From a virus (taxonomy: Duplodnaviria > Caudoviricetes), in IMG/VR virus record IMGVR_UViG_3300038520_002914, positions 1 to 37,444 of that record: a stretch of 37,444 nt of DNA. One strand, written 5' to 3'. Numbering within the stretch: position 1 is the first letter of the stretch; the number at the start of each line of letters is the position of its first letter. The notes below the pieces were generated by a model. The model saw nothing but the letters and a program-made list of their open reading frames with translations, had not been told where the DNA came from and did no database searches. Both the position numbers and the translations under genes were made by a program. Below are positions 28,238 through 37,193 of this stretch, piece by piece.

Positions 28238-29029
28238 ATGAAAATAAAAAACGGACAATCGAGTGCAGTAGCAACTAAAAAAGAAGCTGGTGCTGTTGCC
28301 AATATTAATATTGAGCAATTTGCCGATGCTGGTTTTGATAATGTAGACTCTAAAAGTTTAGCATTACCATTTCTAAAAGTGCTTGGACAATTATCACCAC
28401 AAGTAACACAAGGTGATAGTAATTTCATACCAGAGGCTAAAGCAGGTATGATTTATAATACAGTTACAGATGAACTCTATGATGGTCACAAAGGTATCAC
28501 AGTAATACCTTGTTTCTATAAATTAGAGTACATCGAATGGAGAGACAGAGATAAAGGTGCTGTAGCTCCAGTTAATGTTTATCCAAGTGATTCAGATATC
28601 ATGAGTAAAACAACTCGTGGTGATGATGGTAAGGATAGACTAGAAAATGGAAACTATATTGAGGAAACAGCATCTCATTATGTAATGGTTGTTGAAGCTA
28701 ATAAAACATCAACAGCTCTTATCACAATGAAGTCCACTCAAAGAAAAAAATCTAAAAAGTGGAATTCCATGATGATGTCTTTGAGACAACAAAGAAAAAA
28801 TGGAAAAGGTTTTTTTAAACCAGCACCATTTACTCAGCAATATAGTATGAGCACAGTCCTTGAAAAAAATAATCTTGGATCTTGGTTTGGTTGGGAGATA
28901 TCTCACATTGGACCAGTAGAGTCAGAGGAGATTATGAAAGCAGCTTTTGATTTTTATGAAAGTTGTAAGAAGGGATCCGTGAGAGTAAACCACGGCAAAG
29001 AAGAACAGGTAGCAAAAACTCCATTCTAA
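28238..29029 (+). CDS. Putative single-stranded DNA-binding protein
   Basis: GGAG RBS; LPFLKVL..LSPQV; C-terminal PF as in SSB tails; lies next to the primase. Confidence 0.55.
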   Translation: MKIKNGQSSAVATKKEAGAVANINIEQFADAGFDNVDSKSLALPFLKVLGQLSPQVTQGDSNFIPEAKAGMIYNTVTDELYDGHKGITVIPCFYKLEYIEWRDRDKGAVAPVNVYPSDSDIMSKTTRGDDGKDRLENGNYIEETASHYVMVVEANKTSTALITMKSTQRKKSKKWNSMMMSLRQQRKNGKGFFKPAPFTQQYSMSTVLEKNNLGSWFGWEISHIGPVESEEIMKAAFDFYESCKKGSVRVNHGKEEQVAKTPF

Positions 29030-29032
29030 TTT

Positions 29033-30604
29033 ATGGACATACTTGACAAAACCCTGGAGGAGTTTATAGAACTCTTCCAGGGCTCTACTACATATTTTGG
29101 AGTGTCTAAACCTACTGGAAAGAAAAATTCCAAAGGCAAAGCAGAATTCAAACATTGGTTGGAACCATCACCGATGACTGAAGATCATTGGTTAAAACAT
29201 TTAAAAGGAGAAGCTTACTATGGGTCAGTTCCCATTAGAGATGATAATACATGCAGTTGGGGTGTCATCGATGTTGATCGTTATAATATACAGCATCAGG
29301 AAGTTATATCGACAATTCGGAAAAGAAAATACCCACTCGTACCATTCCGATCAAAATCCAACGGACTCCATTTAATTTTATTTGTTGAGGGTGTGGTGCC
29401 TGCATTCTCAATGAGAAAAAAATTAATAGAGATTGCATCAGACTTAGGTATTAATGATACCACCACAGATATTTTTCCAGCACAAGATGAAGTAGATTTG
29501 TCTCCTGAAAAATGGGATGACAAACGCAAAGGTAATTTCTTAAACCTTCCTTACCAAAAAGCACATATGACAACAAGAGTTGCAATGGATGATAATTGCA
29601 ATGCTATTAAGATTGAAGATCTATACAAATTTATCAAAGATTTTAGAGTAACTCCTCAACAGTTTAAAAAAATTAAAATATTTCAAGATGATGAAACAAA
29701 GGATTATCCACCTTGCATAGTAAATTTTATGAAAAACCAAGTGCAAAAAGGAGAAGGTAGAAATGATGCGATGTTTAATGTTGCTGTTTTGGCAAAAAAG
29801 ATCAATCCAGACCCTATAATGTATGAGGAGTGGACAAGAGAAATGATGCCTAAAGTTTGTTCAGAAAAATTACATCCAAAAGAATTACAGGCAATATTTA
29901 AAGGTGTTGAAAATAAAGATTACGCTTACAAATGTAAAACATCAATTGCTCGAATGCATTGTGTATCTAGTGAATGTATAAAACGTAAGCATGGTATTGG
30001 TGCTAATGAGGCATTACCAGAAGTTGGAAAACTTTTAAAAGTAAACTCATATCCAGAGCCGTATTGGATTCTTCCAATACAAGGCAAATCAATTAGATTA
30101 TCTACTAAACAACTTTATCAACAACAATTGTTGGGCGAGCAATTATTAAATTTTGATATTGTCTGGAGACCATTAAAACCTACAAAAAGAGATCCTGACC
30201 CATACCGTGATTGGTTAGAAGAGCTCGTATCTAATAAACAAGATATGGAAGGTTATGATGAACATGAGGAGAGGGAAGATGTGTTTAATTCTAGAATGTC
30301 AAGATTTTTGGAGGATGTCGAGGACACGACTGAATTTGATCAAATCGATTCTGGAAACATTTGGAAAGATGAAACAGAGATGAGATTTAAATTAGAGACT
30401 TTTAGATCTTTTATGAAAAAGATGGGTTATAATTGGAATGAAAAAGAATGCACTAGATTTTTAGAAACAGGTGGAGCACAACCTAAAAAGAAGTTTCAAA
30501 ACATTAGTAGTAGACATTGGGTTGTGAGTCTGCCAAAACAAACAGAGCATAAAAATAAAGATGTCAAATTCACTAAACCAAAAGCTTCGTGGGAAGACAA
30601 TTAA
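29033..30604 (+). CDS. AEP-type primase(-polymerase) with PriCT-like domain
   Basis: WGVIDVD (DxD), RSKSNGLH, GNFLNLPY, YPPC, EGRNDAMF. Confidence 0.75.
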   Translation: MDILDKTLEEFIELFQGSTTYFGVSKPTGKKNSKGKAEFKHWLEPSPMTEDHWLKHLKGEAYYGSVPIRDDNTCSWGVIDVDRYNIQHQEVISTIRKRKYPLVPFRSKSNGLHLILFVEGVVPAFSMRKKLIEIASDLGINDTTTDIFPAQDEVDLSPEKWDDKRKGNFLNLPYQKAHMTTRVAMDDNCNAIKIEDLYKFIKDFRVTPQQFKKIKIFQDDETKDYPPCIVNFMKNQVQKGEGRNDAMFNVAVLAKKINPDPIMYEEWTREMMPKVCSEKLHPKELQAIFKGVENKDYAYKCKTSIARMHCVSSECIKRKHGIGANEALPEVGKLLKVNSYPEPYWILPIQGKSIRLSTKQLYQQQLLGEQLLNFDIVWRPLKPTKRDPDPYRDWLEELVSNKQDMEGYDEHEEREDVFNSRMSRFLEDVEDTTEFDQIDSGNIWKDETEMRFKLETFRSFMKKMGYNWNEKECTRFLETGGAQPKKKFQNISSRHWVVSLPKQTEHKNKDVKFTKPKASWEDN

Positions 30605-32186
30605 AATATTTGGACCTCCAGGCACGGGTAAAACAGAAAATTTATTGAAACGTGTTAAGCGTTATCTTGAAAGAGGTTATTCACCAGATGAAATTTGTTA
30701 TGTGTCTTTTACCAATAAAGCTGTAAATGAGTGTGTAAGCAGGGTAAGAAAAAAATTTAAAAATTATGATGAAGATTCTTTTAAATATTTTAGAACGTTA
30801 CATAGTTTAGCCAGACAACAGTTTGCAGAAATACCTGTATTAGATCCCAAAGCAGACATGCTAATGTTTCATACGCAGTACGGAACAATAAAAATAAATT
30901 ACAAAGAAGGGCATGATGATGCAAAAGTCTACAACAATTGGTCCTTACAAATTTATGATAGAGCTAGAAATATGAAAGTTGATCCTGTTGCATTATATAA
31001 GCAGCAATCAAGAAAGTCTGTAAGATTACAGCAATTCAAATCAATCATTGCAGGATATGAAGAATTTAAAACTATGGAAACTCCTACGGGACAACGGACA
31101 CCGGATAGATTAGACTTCACTGATATGGTTGAGAGATACATCACAGATGGTTTAGTGATACCATTTAAAGTATTAATGGTAGATGAAGCTCAAGATCTTA
31201 CCCCTCTGCAATGGGACATGGTTGTAAAGATAGCAAAATTTGTAGACAGAGTTTACATTGCAGGTGATGATGACCAAGCCATCTATGAATGGAATGGAGC
31301 TGATGTGAATTTATTTCAAACGTTTCCTGGAAGATCTTTGGTTTTAAAAAAATCTGTGAGGTTAAATAAAAATATACATTTTTTTTCTAATTGTTTATTG
31401 CATAGCATGGGAGATAACAGAGTTCCTAAAGAATTTTATTCTAATGGTAAAGAAGGAGCTGTCTATAGATGGACAGGTTTGAAAAAAATACCATGGCATT
31501 TTGATGGTAGTTGGATGGTTTTAGCTCGAATCAATGATGTTAAAAGAGAACTCCAACAAGAGGCACGTAATCTTTCTTTGTACTATCAAGATGTAAAAGG
31601 TAATAAATCATTTGATCCGAATCAGTTTTTGGCCATAGAATATTGGAGTAAAGTTTGTGAGGGTGGTGCAATTACTAGAGAAGAGGCCTGCACCATGTAT
31701 GAGTATTTATTAAACATAGATCACGGATACCGGTCAGCGGACAGTAAAAGATGGAGTTTCGCTCATCCAAATCAAGTCTTTACATTTGATGAATTACATT
31801 TAAGGTGTGGTATGCGTGATGAAAAAGGTCCCTGGAATCAAGTATTTATGAGAAAATTTAAGGACAAAGATAAAAAATACTTTGAGAAATTAATGAAAGA
31901 AGGTGTGGATCTTACAGCTCCACCAAAAATCATAATAGATACAATACATCAAGTAAAAGGCGGTGAAGCAGATAATGTTGTGCTAGCCAGTAAATGTAAC
32001 TTCCCATCACATTTTGATAAAAAAAATTTACAAGAGAAAGTAAAAGAGCTTAGAGTTTGGTACACAGGTGCCACCAGATCTAAACAAACATTACATTTAT
32101 TAGGCACTTACCATCAATATAATTTTCCATTAGGAAAATATTTTAAAACTTATGAGGCGAACTATGACAAACAAAGGCATGTTTGA
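30561..32186 (+). CDS. UvrD/Rep (SF1A) helicase
   Basis: GPPGTGKT, SFTNKA, TLHS, VDEAQD, GDDDQAIY, TIHQVKGGE, YTGATRSK. Confidence 0.92.
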   Translation: MSNSLNQKLRGKTIKIFGPPGTGKTENLLKRVKRYLERGYSPDEICYVSFTNKAVNECVSRVRKKFKNYDEDSFKYFRTLHSLARQQFAEIPVLDPKADMLMFHTQYGTIKINYKEGHDDAKVYNNWSLQIYDRARNMKVDPVALYKQQSRKSVRLQQFKSIIAGYEEFKTMETPTGQRTPDRLDFTDMVERYITDGLVIPFKVLMVDEAQDLTPLQWDMVVKIAKFVDRVYIAGDDDQAIYEWNGADVNLFQTFPGRSLVLKKSVRLNKNIHFFSNCLLHSMGDNRVPKEFYSNGKEGAVYRWTGLKKIPWHFDGSWMVLARINDVKRELQQEARNLSLYYQDVKGNKSFDPNQFLAIEYWSKVCEGGAITREEACTMYEYLLNIDHGYRSADSKRWSFAHPNQVFTFDELHLRCGMRDEKGPWNQVFMRKFKDKDKKYFEKLMKEGVDLTAPPKIIIDTIHQVKGGEADNVVLASKCNFPSHFDKKNLQEKVKELRVWYTGATRSKQTLHLLGTYHQYNFPLGKYFKTYEANYDKQRHV

Positions 32187-32406
32187 TGATGCTTTTCCAC
32201 AAGACAGACAAATAGGTGGATCACATTATAAACATTTTCACATACAACCATATGAATTTATATCCAAAAACGATTTATCTTTTTTTCAAGGTAACGTCAT
32301 AAAATACGTTTGTAGATATAAGTTTAAAAACGGAGTAGAGGATTTAGAAAAAATAAAACACTATTGCGAATTAGAAATTAAAAAAATGAAAGATTTAAAA
32401 AAATGA
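32164..32406 (+). CDS. DUF3310 protein (T7 gp1.7 nucleotide kinase-like)
   Basis: QIGGSHY, QP.EF, GNVIKYVCR...KNG.EDLEK..HY; start moved to ATG 32164 after GAGG. Confidence 0.85.
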   Translation: MTNKGMFDDAFPQDRQIGGSHYKHFHIQPYEFISKNDLSFFQGNVIKYVCRYKFKNGVEDLEKIKHYCELEIKKMKDLKK

Positions 32407-32495
32407 CAGCGTCTTATGGTTTTGGCATGCTTGCGGTGGGTATGGTTGCAATAATTATTGCAGCAGTTATAACTTACTTCATAATAAATAGATGA
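32403..32495 (+). CDS. 30-aa single-TM peptide (absent from ORF track)
   Basis: MTASYGFGMLAVGMVAIIIAAVITYFIINR; ATGA overlaps at both ends. Confidence 0.65.
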   Translation: MTASYGFGMLAVGMVAIIIAAVITYFIINR

Positions 32496-34360
32496 CACAT
32501 CAATTAAATTTTATTTACAATGACTCCGATTGGGTGTGCCCTAGTGAGTATCCAGATTTATCGCAAGCAAAAGAAATAGCAATTGATCTAGAAACTAAAG
32601 ATCCAAATATTAAAACAAAGGGTTCAGGTTGGGCTACATTTGATGGCCATATTGTAGGTTTCGCTGTGGCTGCTTTTGATCAGCAGTGGTACTTCCCAAT
32701 ACATCATGATGCTGGCGGTAATATGGATGAAGGTATAACCATCGGTTGGATGCAAGAAGTTTTGAAAACACCAGCAACAAAAGTTTTTCATAATGCAAGC
32801 TATGATGTCGGTTGGTTGAAAGTAAATGGTTTTCAAATCAATGGCCCTATTGTTGACACAATGATAGCAGCTGCATTAGTTAACGAGAATAGATTCAGTT
32901 TTAGCCTTAACGCTTGCGCTAAAGACTATTTAGGTGAAATTAAAAATGAGACGTTTTTAAATGAAAAAGCTAAAGAATGGGGAATTGATGCAAAAGCTGA
33001 CCTCTGGAGGCTGCCTGCGGGCTACGTAGGCTTCTATGCTGAGCAAGATGCAGGGCTTACCCTACGACTTTGGCAGCACTTCAAAACAGAGATCTCTAAA
33101 CAAAGTTTACACGATGTTTGGGACATGGAGATGGAGCTGCTACCTATCCTGATAGATACAAGAATGAGAGGAATAAGAGTTGATGAAGATAAAGCTGCAG
33201 CTCTTAAAAAAGAATTTAAGAAAAAAGAGTCTGATGTATTAGGAAAAATTAAAAAAGAAACTACACTTGATGTTGATATATGGGCTGCAAGATCTGTAGC
33301 GCAAGTGTTTGACAGGATAGGAGTTGATTACCCACGGACAACGAAAACTGACGAACCGAGCTTTACCCAAAATTGGTTAGTAAATTGTAATAACCCGATA
33401 GCGCAACTAATAAGAGAAGCAAGAGAAATAAATAAATTCCATTCAACATTTATAGACTCCATTCAACGTTATGTTCATAAAGGTAGAATACATTCAGAAA
33501 TAAATCAACTAAGAAGTGATCAAGGCGGAACTGTATCTGGAAGATTATCTTATTCAAATCCAAATTTACAACAAATTCCTGCACGTAACAAAGAGTATGG
33601 CAATAAAATTAGAAGTTTGTTTTTGCCTGAAGAAGGTAAACAATGGGGATCATTCGATTACAGCCAACAAGAACCAAGATTAGTTGCTCATTATGCAGCA
33701 AGCGTAGACAATAATTTTACTGGAGCTGATGAATTTATTGAAGCTTACAAAAATGAAGCTGCAGACTTTCATCAAATAGTTGCAGACATGGCAGGTATTT
33801 CTAGAACAAATGCAAAGACAATTAATTTAGGTTTATTTTATGGTATGGGTAAAGCAAAGTTGGCAAAAGAATTAGGAATATCAAAAGATGCAGCTGATAA
33901 TCTTTTAAATAAATACCACTCAAGGGTTCCTTTTGTAAAAAAATTAGCTGAAGCTGTTACTAACTCAGCATCTAAATATGGATTTATTAGAACTGTGGGA
34001 GGCCGTAAATGCAGATTTGATATGTGGGAGCCTGCTACTTTTGGGATGAATAAAGCAATGCATTATGAGGAGGCTAAGGCCATTTATGGGAATAATATTA
34101 GAAGAGCTTTCACTTACAAAGCCTTAAACAGGCTAATTCAAGGGTCTGCTGCTGACCAAACAAAACAAGCTATGATTGATTGTTATAAACAAGGATATCA
34201 ACCTTTATTACAAATTCATGATGAATTATGCTTTTCAATAAATGAAGAAGCTGATATAAAAGGTGTCAAGGAGGTTATGGAAAATGCTATTGAGAATCTT
34301 AAAGTCCCTTTTAAAGTTGATGTGGCCATCGGTAAGAGTTGGGGCGAAGCGAAGGAATAG
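32492..34360 (+). CDS. polA: Family A DNA polymerase with 3'-5' exonuclease domain
   Basis: Exo DLET, HNASYD, YAEQD; motif A DYSQQEPR; motif B RTNAKTINLGLFYG; motif C QIHDEL. Confidence 0.95.
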   Translation: MTHQLNFIYNDSDWVCPSEYPDLSQAKEIAIDLETKDPNIKTKGSGWATFDGHIVGFAVAAFDQQWYFPIHHDAGGNMDEGITIGWMQEVLKTPATKVFHNASYDVGWLKVNGFQINGPIVDTMIAAALVNENRFSFSLNACAKDYLGEIKNETFLNEKAKEWGIDAKADLWRLPAGYVGFYAEQDAGLTLRLWQHFKTEISKQSLHDVWDMEMELLPILIDTRMRGIRVDEDKAAALKKEFKKKESDVLGKIKKETTLDVDIWAARSVAQVFDRIGVDYPRTTKTDEPSFTQNWLVNCNNPIAQLIREAREINKFHSTFIDSIQRYVHKGRIHSEINQLRSDQGGTVSGRLSYSNPNLQQIPARNKEYGNKIRSLFLPEEGKQWGSFDYSQQEPRLVAHYAASVDNNFTGADEFIEAYKNEAADFHQIVADMAGISRTNAKTINLGLFYGMGKAKLAKELGISKDAADNLLNKYHSRVPFVKKLAEAVTNSASKYGFIRTVGGRKCRFDMWEPATFGMNKAMHYEEAKAIYGNNIRRAFTYKALNRLIQGSAADQTKQAMIDCYKQGYQPLLQIHDELCFSINEEADIKGVKEVMENAIENLKVPFKVDVAIGKSWGEAKE

Positions 34361-34436
34361 AAACCCAAGAGTTATTAATGGTTATTACTTTGATGGGAAA
34401 AAATCTATTATTCTTTATCAGAAGGAACGTTTGTAA
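34320..34436 (+). CDS. Possible 38-aa basic peptide
   Basis: MWPSVRVGAKRRNRNPRVINGYYFDGKKSIILYQKERL; overlaps polA end and the convergent ORF; no clear RBS. Confidence 0.3.
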   Translation: MWPSVRVGAKRRNRNPRVINGYYFDGKKSIILYQKERL

Positions 34437-34533
34437 TATCTTCCTCATCCTTTTCTTCTTCTAATTCTTTTTCAGTTTGCTCTCTTATTTTTTTGAGCTC
34501 TTTGTAATAGTTAGGGTGTTTCCATTCAAACAT
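34408..34533 (-). CDS. 41-aa acidic-tailed peptide (absent from ORF track)
   Basis: MFEWKHPNYYKELKKIREQTEKELEEEKDEEDITNVPSDKE; AAGGA RBS; own extended -10. Confidence 0.65.
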   Translation of the reverse strand: MFEWKHPNYYKELKKIREQTEKELEEEKDEEDITNVPSDKE

Positions 34534-34554
34534 AATTATTTCCTTTTTATTTCT

Positions 34555-34563
34555 ATTATACCA
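34555..34563 (-). promoter_or_regulatory. Extended -10 promoter TGGTATAAT
   Basis: Consensus TGnTATAAT on the minus strand 21 nt upstream of ATG 34533. Confidence 0.55.
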
Positions 34564-34714
34564 TGAGCACTTTTTAAGAATCGATTACTATTCAACAAAG
34601 TCGTTAACTAAAAAAAATAATTATTGTTTATCAATGTGTATAACTTAAAGAAAATGTTTTTTGGAAAATTTAGAGCGCAGTAACCTTGGGAATAAAATTG
34701 ATTTTTTTAGCTAC

Positions 34715-34903
34715 TTAACTAGCTATGTCGTACAGACCTGTTTTAGCGTCTTCAACGCTTTGATCATTGATCTTAATTTTAAGATCTTTAATCTTGATAT
34801 CGATCCACTTCATGTCAGGAGTTACTCTCCCCTGTTCTAACGCTTTGGTTGCCCACTTGGACTCCAACTGAAGTTTCTCCGAGATTAACTTTTGTAGTTG
34901 CAT
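34715..34903 (-). CDS. Small helical hypothetical protein
   Basis: Strong GAGGAGG RBS; 62 aa. Confidence 0.7.
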   Translation of the reverse strand: MQLQKLISEKLQLESKWATKALEQGRVTPDMKWIDIKIKDLKIKINDQSVEDAKTGLYDIAS

Positions 34904-35090
34904 CTCTGTTTACCTCCTCAAATGTTATGTAGACACGATCAGTTCCATAAAAGCCCTCATCAGTGCCTGTTATCTCTCCTGAACTTACGCCATTTGAAAA
35001 CGTTTCAAGAGCAGCCTTATCATTTTCAGCCTCAAGCATCTTATCGATATATATATTCTTGTATCTTGCTTGGACACGATATAACTTCAT
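34815..35090 (-). CDS. Small hypothetical protein
   Basis: 91 aa; preceded by TTGATT-18-TATAAT-5-ATG. Confidence 0.65.
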   Translation of the reverse strand: MKLYRVQARYKNIYIDKMLEAENDKAALETFSNGVSSGEITGTDEGFYGTDRVYITFEEVNRDATTKVNLGETSVGVQVGNQSVRTGESNS

Positions 35091-35095
35091 GTATT

Positions 35096-35125
35096 ATTAT
35101 ATACCAAATTGGGTCATAAAATCAA
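35096..35125 (-). promoter_or_regulatory. Sigma70-like promoter, probably leaderless
   Basis: Minus strand TTGATT-18 nt-TATAAT, then 5 nt to ATG. Confidence 0.55.
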
Positions 35126-35395
35126 CTATGTGCCCAATTCGGGTTTTTTTGGGGAGTTTTTATTAGGAATTACTACTTCTTTGCACTCAAATTTTACAAC
35201 AATTTTGCTATTTTCTATATATTCATTTGTGAATTCTTCTACTTCTTCTAGTGATTTGAAGGTGCCATGGGCTACTCTATAGCCATATTCTACGCATTCA
35301 GCGTGACTATTGAAGGAATAACCAGGAACAGATGATGACGGACAATTGCCACTCAACATGCTGCACATATACAATACTAATACAAATTTTGTCAT
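35126..35395 (-). CDS. Small four-Cys protein with hydrophobic N-terminus (possibly exported)
   Basis: AGGA RBS; MTKFVLVLYMC...C...EC...FEC. Confidence 0.65.
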   Translation of the reverse strand: MTKFVLVLYMCSMLSGNCPSSSVPGYSFNSHAECVEYGYRVAHGTFKSLEEVEEFTNEYIENSKIVVKFECKEVVIPNKNSPKKPELGT

Positions 35396-35496
35396 AAAGT
35401 CCTATATTATCTTATAACATTTAGTCCTTGCATATCCCATTAAAATGTATATATACGATCTATGTTTTTAAATAATATACTAACAAAGAGGTTATC

Positions 35497-35787
35497 ATGA
35501 AAACAGAAAAAACAACAGGGGAAGCGACAACAGGGTCTGCAGCTGCAGAACCTTTGGTATTAAAACCAGAGTGGATGGTCGACCACCCAAAGGAAGTTGA
35601 AAAACTTCATACATTTTCTGTGACTTTCAATGAGAAAACAAAACGGATTGATCTAACAGTTAATGGTGATGAATATAGATCCATGAATGTTAGAGATAAA
35701 TTATCTGGCATGCGTAAGTATCATGAAGCCATAGATAAAATGGTTAAGCTATTCAGTGATTGGGGTTTCTATGAAAACCAAAATTAA
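35497..35787 (+). CDS. Hypothetical protein
   Basis: GAGGT RBS; first gene of the rightward cluster. Confidence 0.7.
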   Translation: MKTEKTTGEATTGSAAAEPLVLKPEWMVDHPKEVEKLHTFSVTFNEKTKRIDLTVNGDEYRSMNVRDKLSGMRKYHEAIDKMVKLFSDWGFYENQN

Positions 35788-36037
35788 CTGTGACTCACAG
35801 GTGTTTATCCAGTGGGTTTCGAAGGTCGAAAGAATACTTAACACAATACCATTAGTTTCGGCCACCGAACACATGCCACTTGAATTCGAAGATGATGAGT
35901 TTCAAAGAGGTATGAAAGACCTTCAACAATGTGCTATGCGATTTGATGATATACCAATATATCCAATCAACGAAGCAATCGCAAAGAGATTGATTGAGGA
36001 CCAACTACAGGGGGCAAATGACAAACCTTATAATTAA
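35771..36037 (+). CDS. Hypothetical protein
   Basis: Start moved to ATG 35771 after GGGGT. Confidence 0.65.
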   Translation: MKTKINCDSQVFIQWVSKVERILNTIPLVSATEHMPLEFEDDEFQRGMKDLQQCAMRFDDIPIYPINEAIAKRLIEDQLQGANDKPYN

Positions 36038-36125
36038 AACATTTGTTTGCCTCATGTTGTTTCTAATACCAGCAAAAGTAATTTTAATTATTGTTGGACT
36101 ACTAACTTATCTTGTATTTAACTAA
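36018..36125 (+). CDS. 35-aa hydrophobic membrane peptide (absent from ORF track)
   Basis: AGGGGG RBS; MTNLIIKTFVCLMLFLIPAKVILIIVGLLTYLVFN; stop overlaps the next RBS. Confidence 0.6.
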   Translation: MTNLIIKTFVCLMLFLIPAKVILIIVGLLTYLVFN

Positions 36126-36135
36126 GGAGGAAAAG

Positions 36136-36927
36136 ATGACAAGAGCAGTAAATAATAAATTTTTTGAAACTAGAGATTATTCTATGTTCAAAAAAATCCG
36201 AGGCAATAGGCCTGTGGATGAAGCACACGTAAAGCAATTAAAAAAATTAATTGCAGATAAAGATCTTATGGATCCAATACGTGTTAACCAAAACAAAGAA
36301 GTAGTGGATGGTCAACATACATTACAAGCTAGAAAGGAATTAGGATTACCTGTTCCTTACATCATAATAAATTCTGATGATCCACTAGATGTGGCTAGAC
36401 TAAACCAAGGCAGAAAGAATTGGTCATTAGATCATTACTTAGGCCATCATTGTGCAAGAGGTAAAATGGATTACAAGATTTGTAAATCTAAAATGGTGCA
36501 ATTTGGTTTACCAGTATCAGAAACTATAATTTTGTTGCTAAAACTTACTTCTAAGTGGAGATTGATTACAGAGCAATTTAAACAGGGTGATTTTAAAATA
36601 CCTGTTGGTGGTATCCAAAATTGTGACAAAATCGGTAGTCAGTTAATGTACTTAAAAAAATATTTTTTAGGTATGGATAATAGCGATAGGAGAATCAAAA
36701 GGCAGATTGTAAATGCTTACATAGTAGCTGTCAGACATCCTCAATTCAGTTTTGATAGATTTAAAACTGCAATTAAGACTAAGTCTGCTTGGCTTATGTC
36801 TGGGACTTCTACCCGTGATTACATCCAGATTTTTCAAAAAATATACAATTCTGGTTTGGTAGCAAAGAAAAAGATTAATCTTCTTGATTTCTTTGATAAC
36901 AGAGAATATACCGAAGTAGAAGAATAG
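36136..36927 (+). CDS. ParB/Srx-like N-terminal domain protein
   Basis: Start moved to ATG 36136 (AAGGAGG); GNR.V...HV, PIRV...VVDGQH.LQA..ELG. Confidence 0.8.
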   Translation: MTRAVNNKFFETRDYSMFKKIRGNRPVDEAHVKQLKKLIADKDLMDPIRVNQNKEVVDGQHTLQARKELGLPVPYIIINSDDPLDVARLNQGRKNWSLDHYLGHHCARGKMDYKICKSKMVQFGLPVSETIILLLKLTSKWRLITEQFKQGDFKIPVGGIQNCDKIGSQLMYLKKYFLGMDNSDRRIKRQIVNAYIVAVRHPQFSFDRFKTAIKTKSAWLMSGTSTRDYIQIFQKIYNSGLVAKKKINLLDFFDNREYTEVEE

Positions 36928-36935
36928 GAGAGGTA

Positions 36936-37151
36936 ATGGACATCACTAAATGGAAATCTTGTGCGGTAGATATAGAATCATATACACTGATAAGAGCAAT
37001 GGGGAAGCAGGGCTTTAGAAGGCCTGGATCTATGATTGCAAAATTAGTTGATGACGAGATCAAAAAGATAGCTAAGAAACAAGGTCTAAGCTATCAAAAG
37101 ATGAAAGAGAATTTACTCAAAGAAGGAAAGCTGCTTCTGAATGGTAAATAG
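36936..37151 (+). CDS. Small basic putative DNA-binding protein (ribbon-helix-helix-like)
   Basis: GGAGAGG RBS; N-terminal strand WKSCAVD followed by helices. Confidence 0.6.
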   Translation: MDITKWKSCAVDIESYTLIRAMGKQGFRRPGSMIAKLVDDEIKKIAKKQGLSYQKMKENLLKEGKLLLNGK

Positions 37152-37193
37152 AGCTGCAGGTTGGATGGTTAACCTTGAACCTGGGTTTGGAGG

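Noticed and set aside
34708-34725. TAGCTA-CTTAAC-TAGCTA as terminator for the minus-strand genes
   Set aside because: Weak stem followed by an A-tract, not a U-tract, on the minus strand.
36136-36927. DndB/DGQHR phosphorothioation system
   Set aside because: Motif is DGQHT and no dnd or ssp genes are present.
137-37063. Antisense and alternate-frame ORFs in the track (e.g. 137..343, 12006..12524, 22729..23052, 24925..25266, 28126..28428)
   Set aside because: Shadows of well-supported genes, without RBS or motifs.
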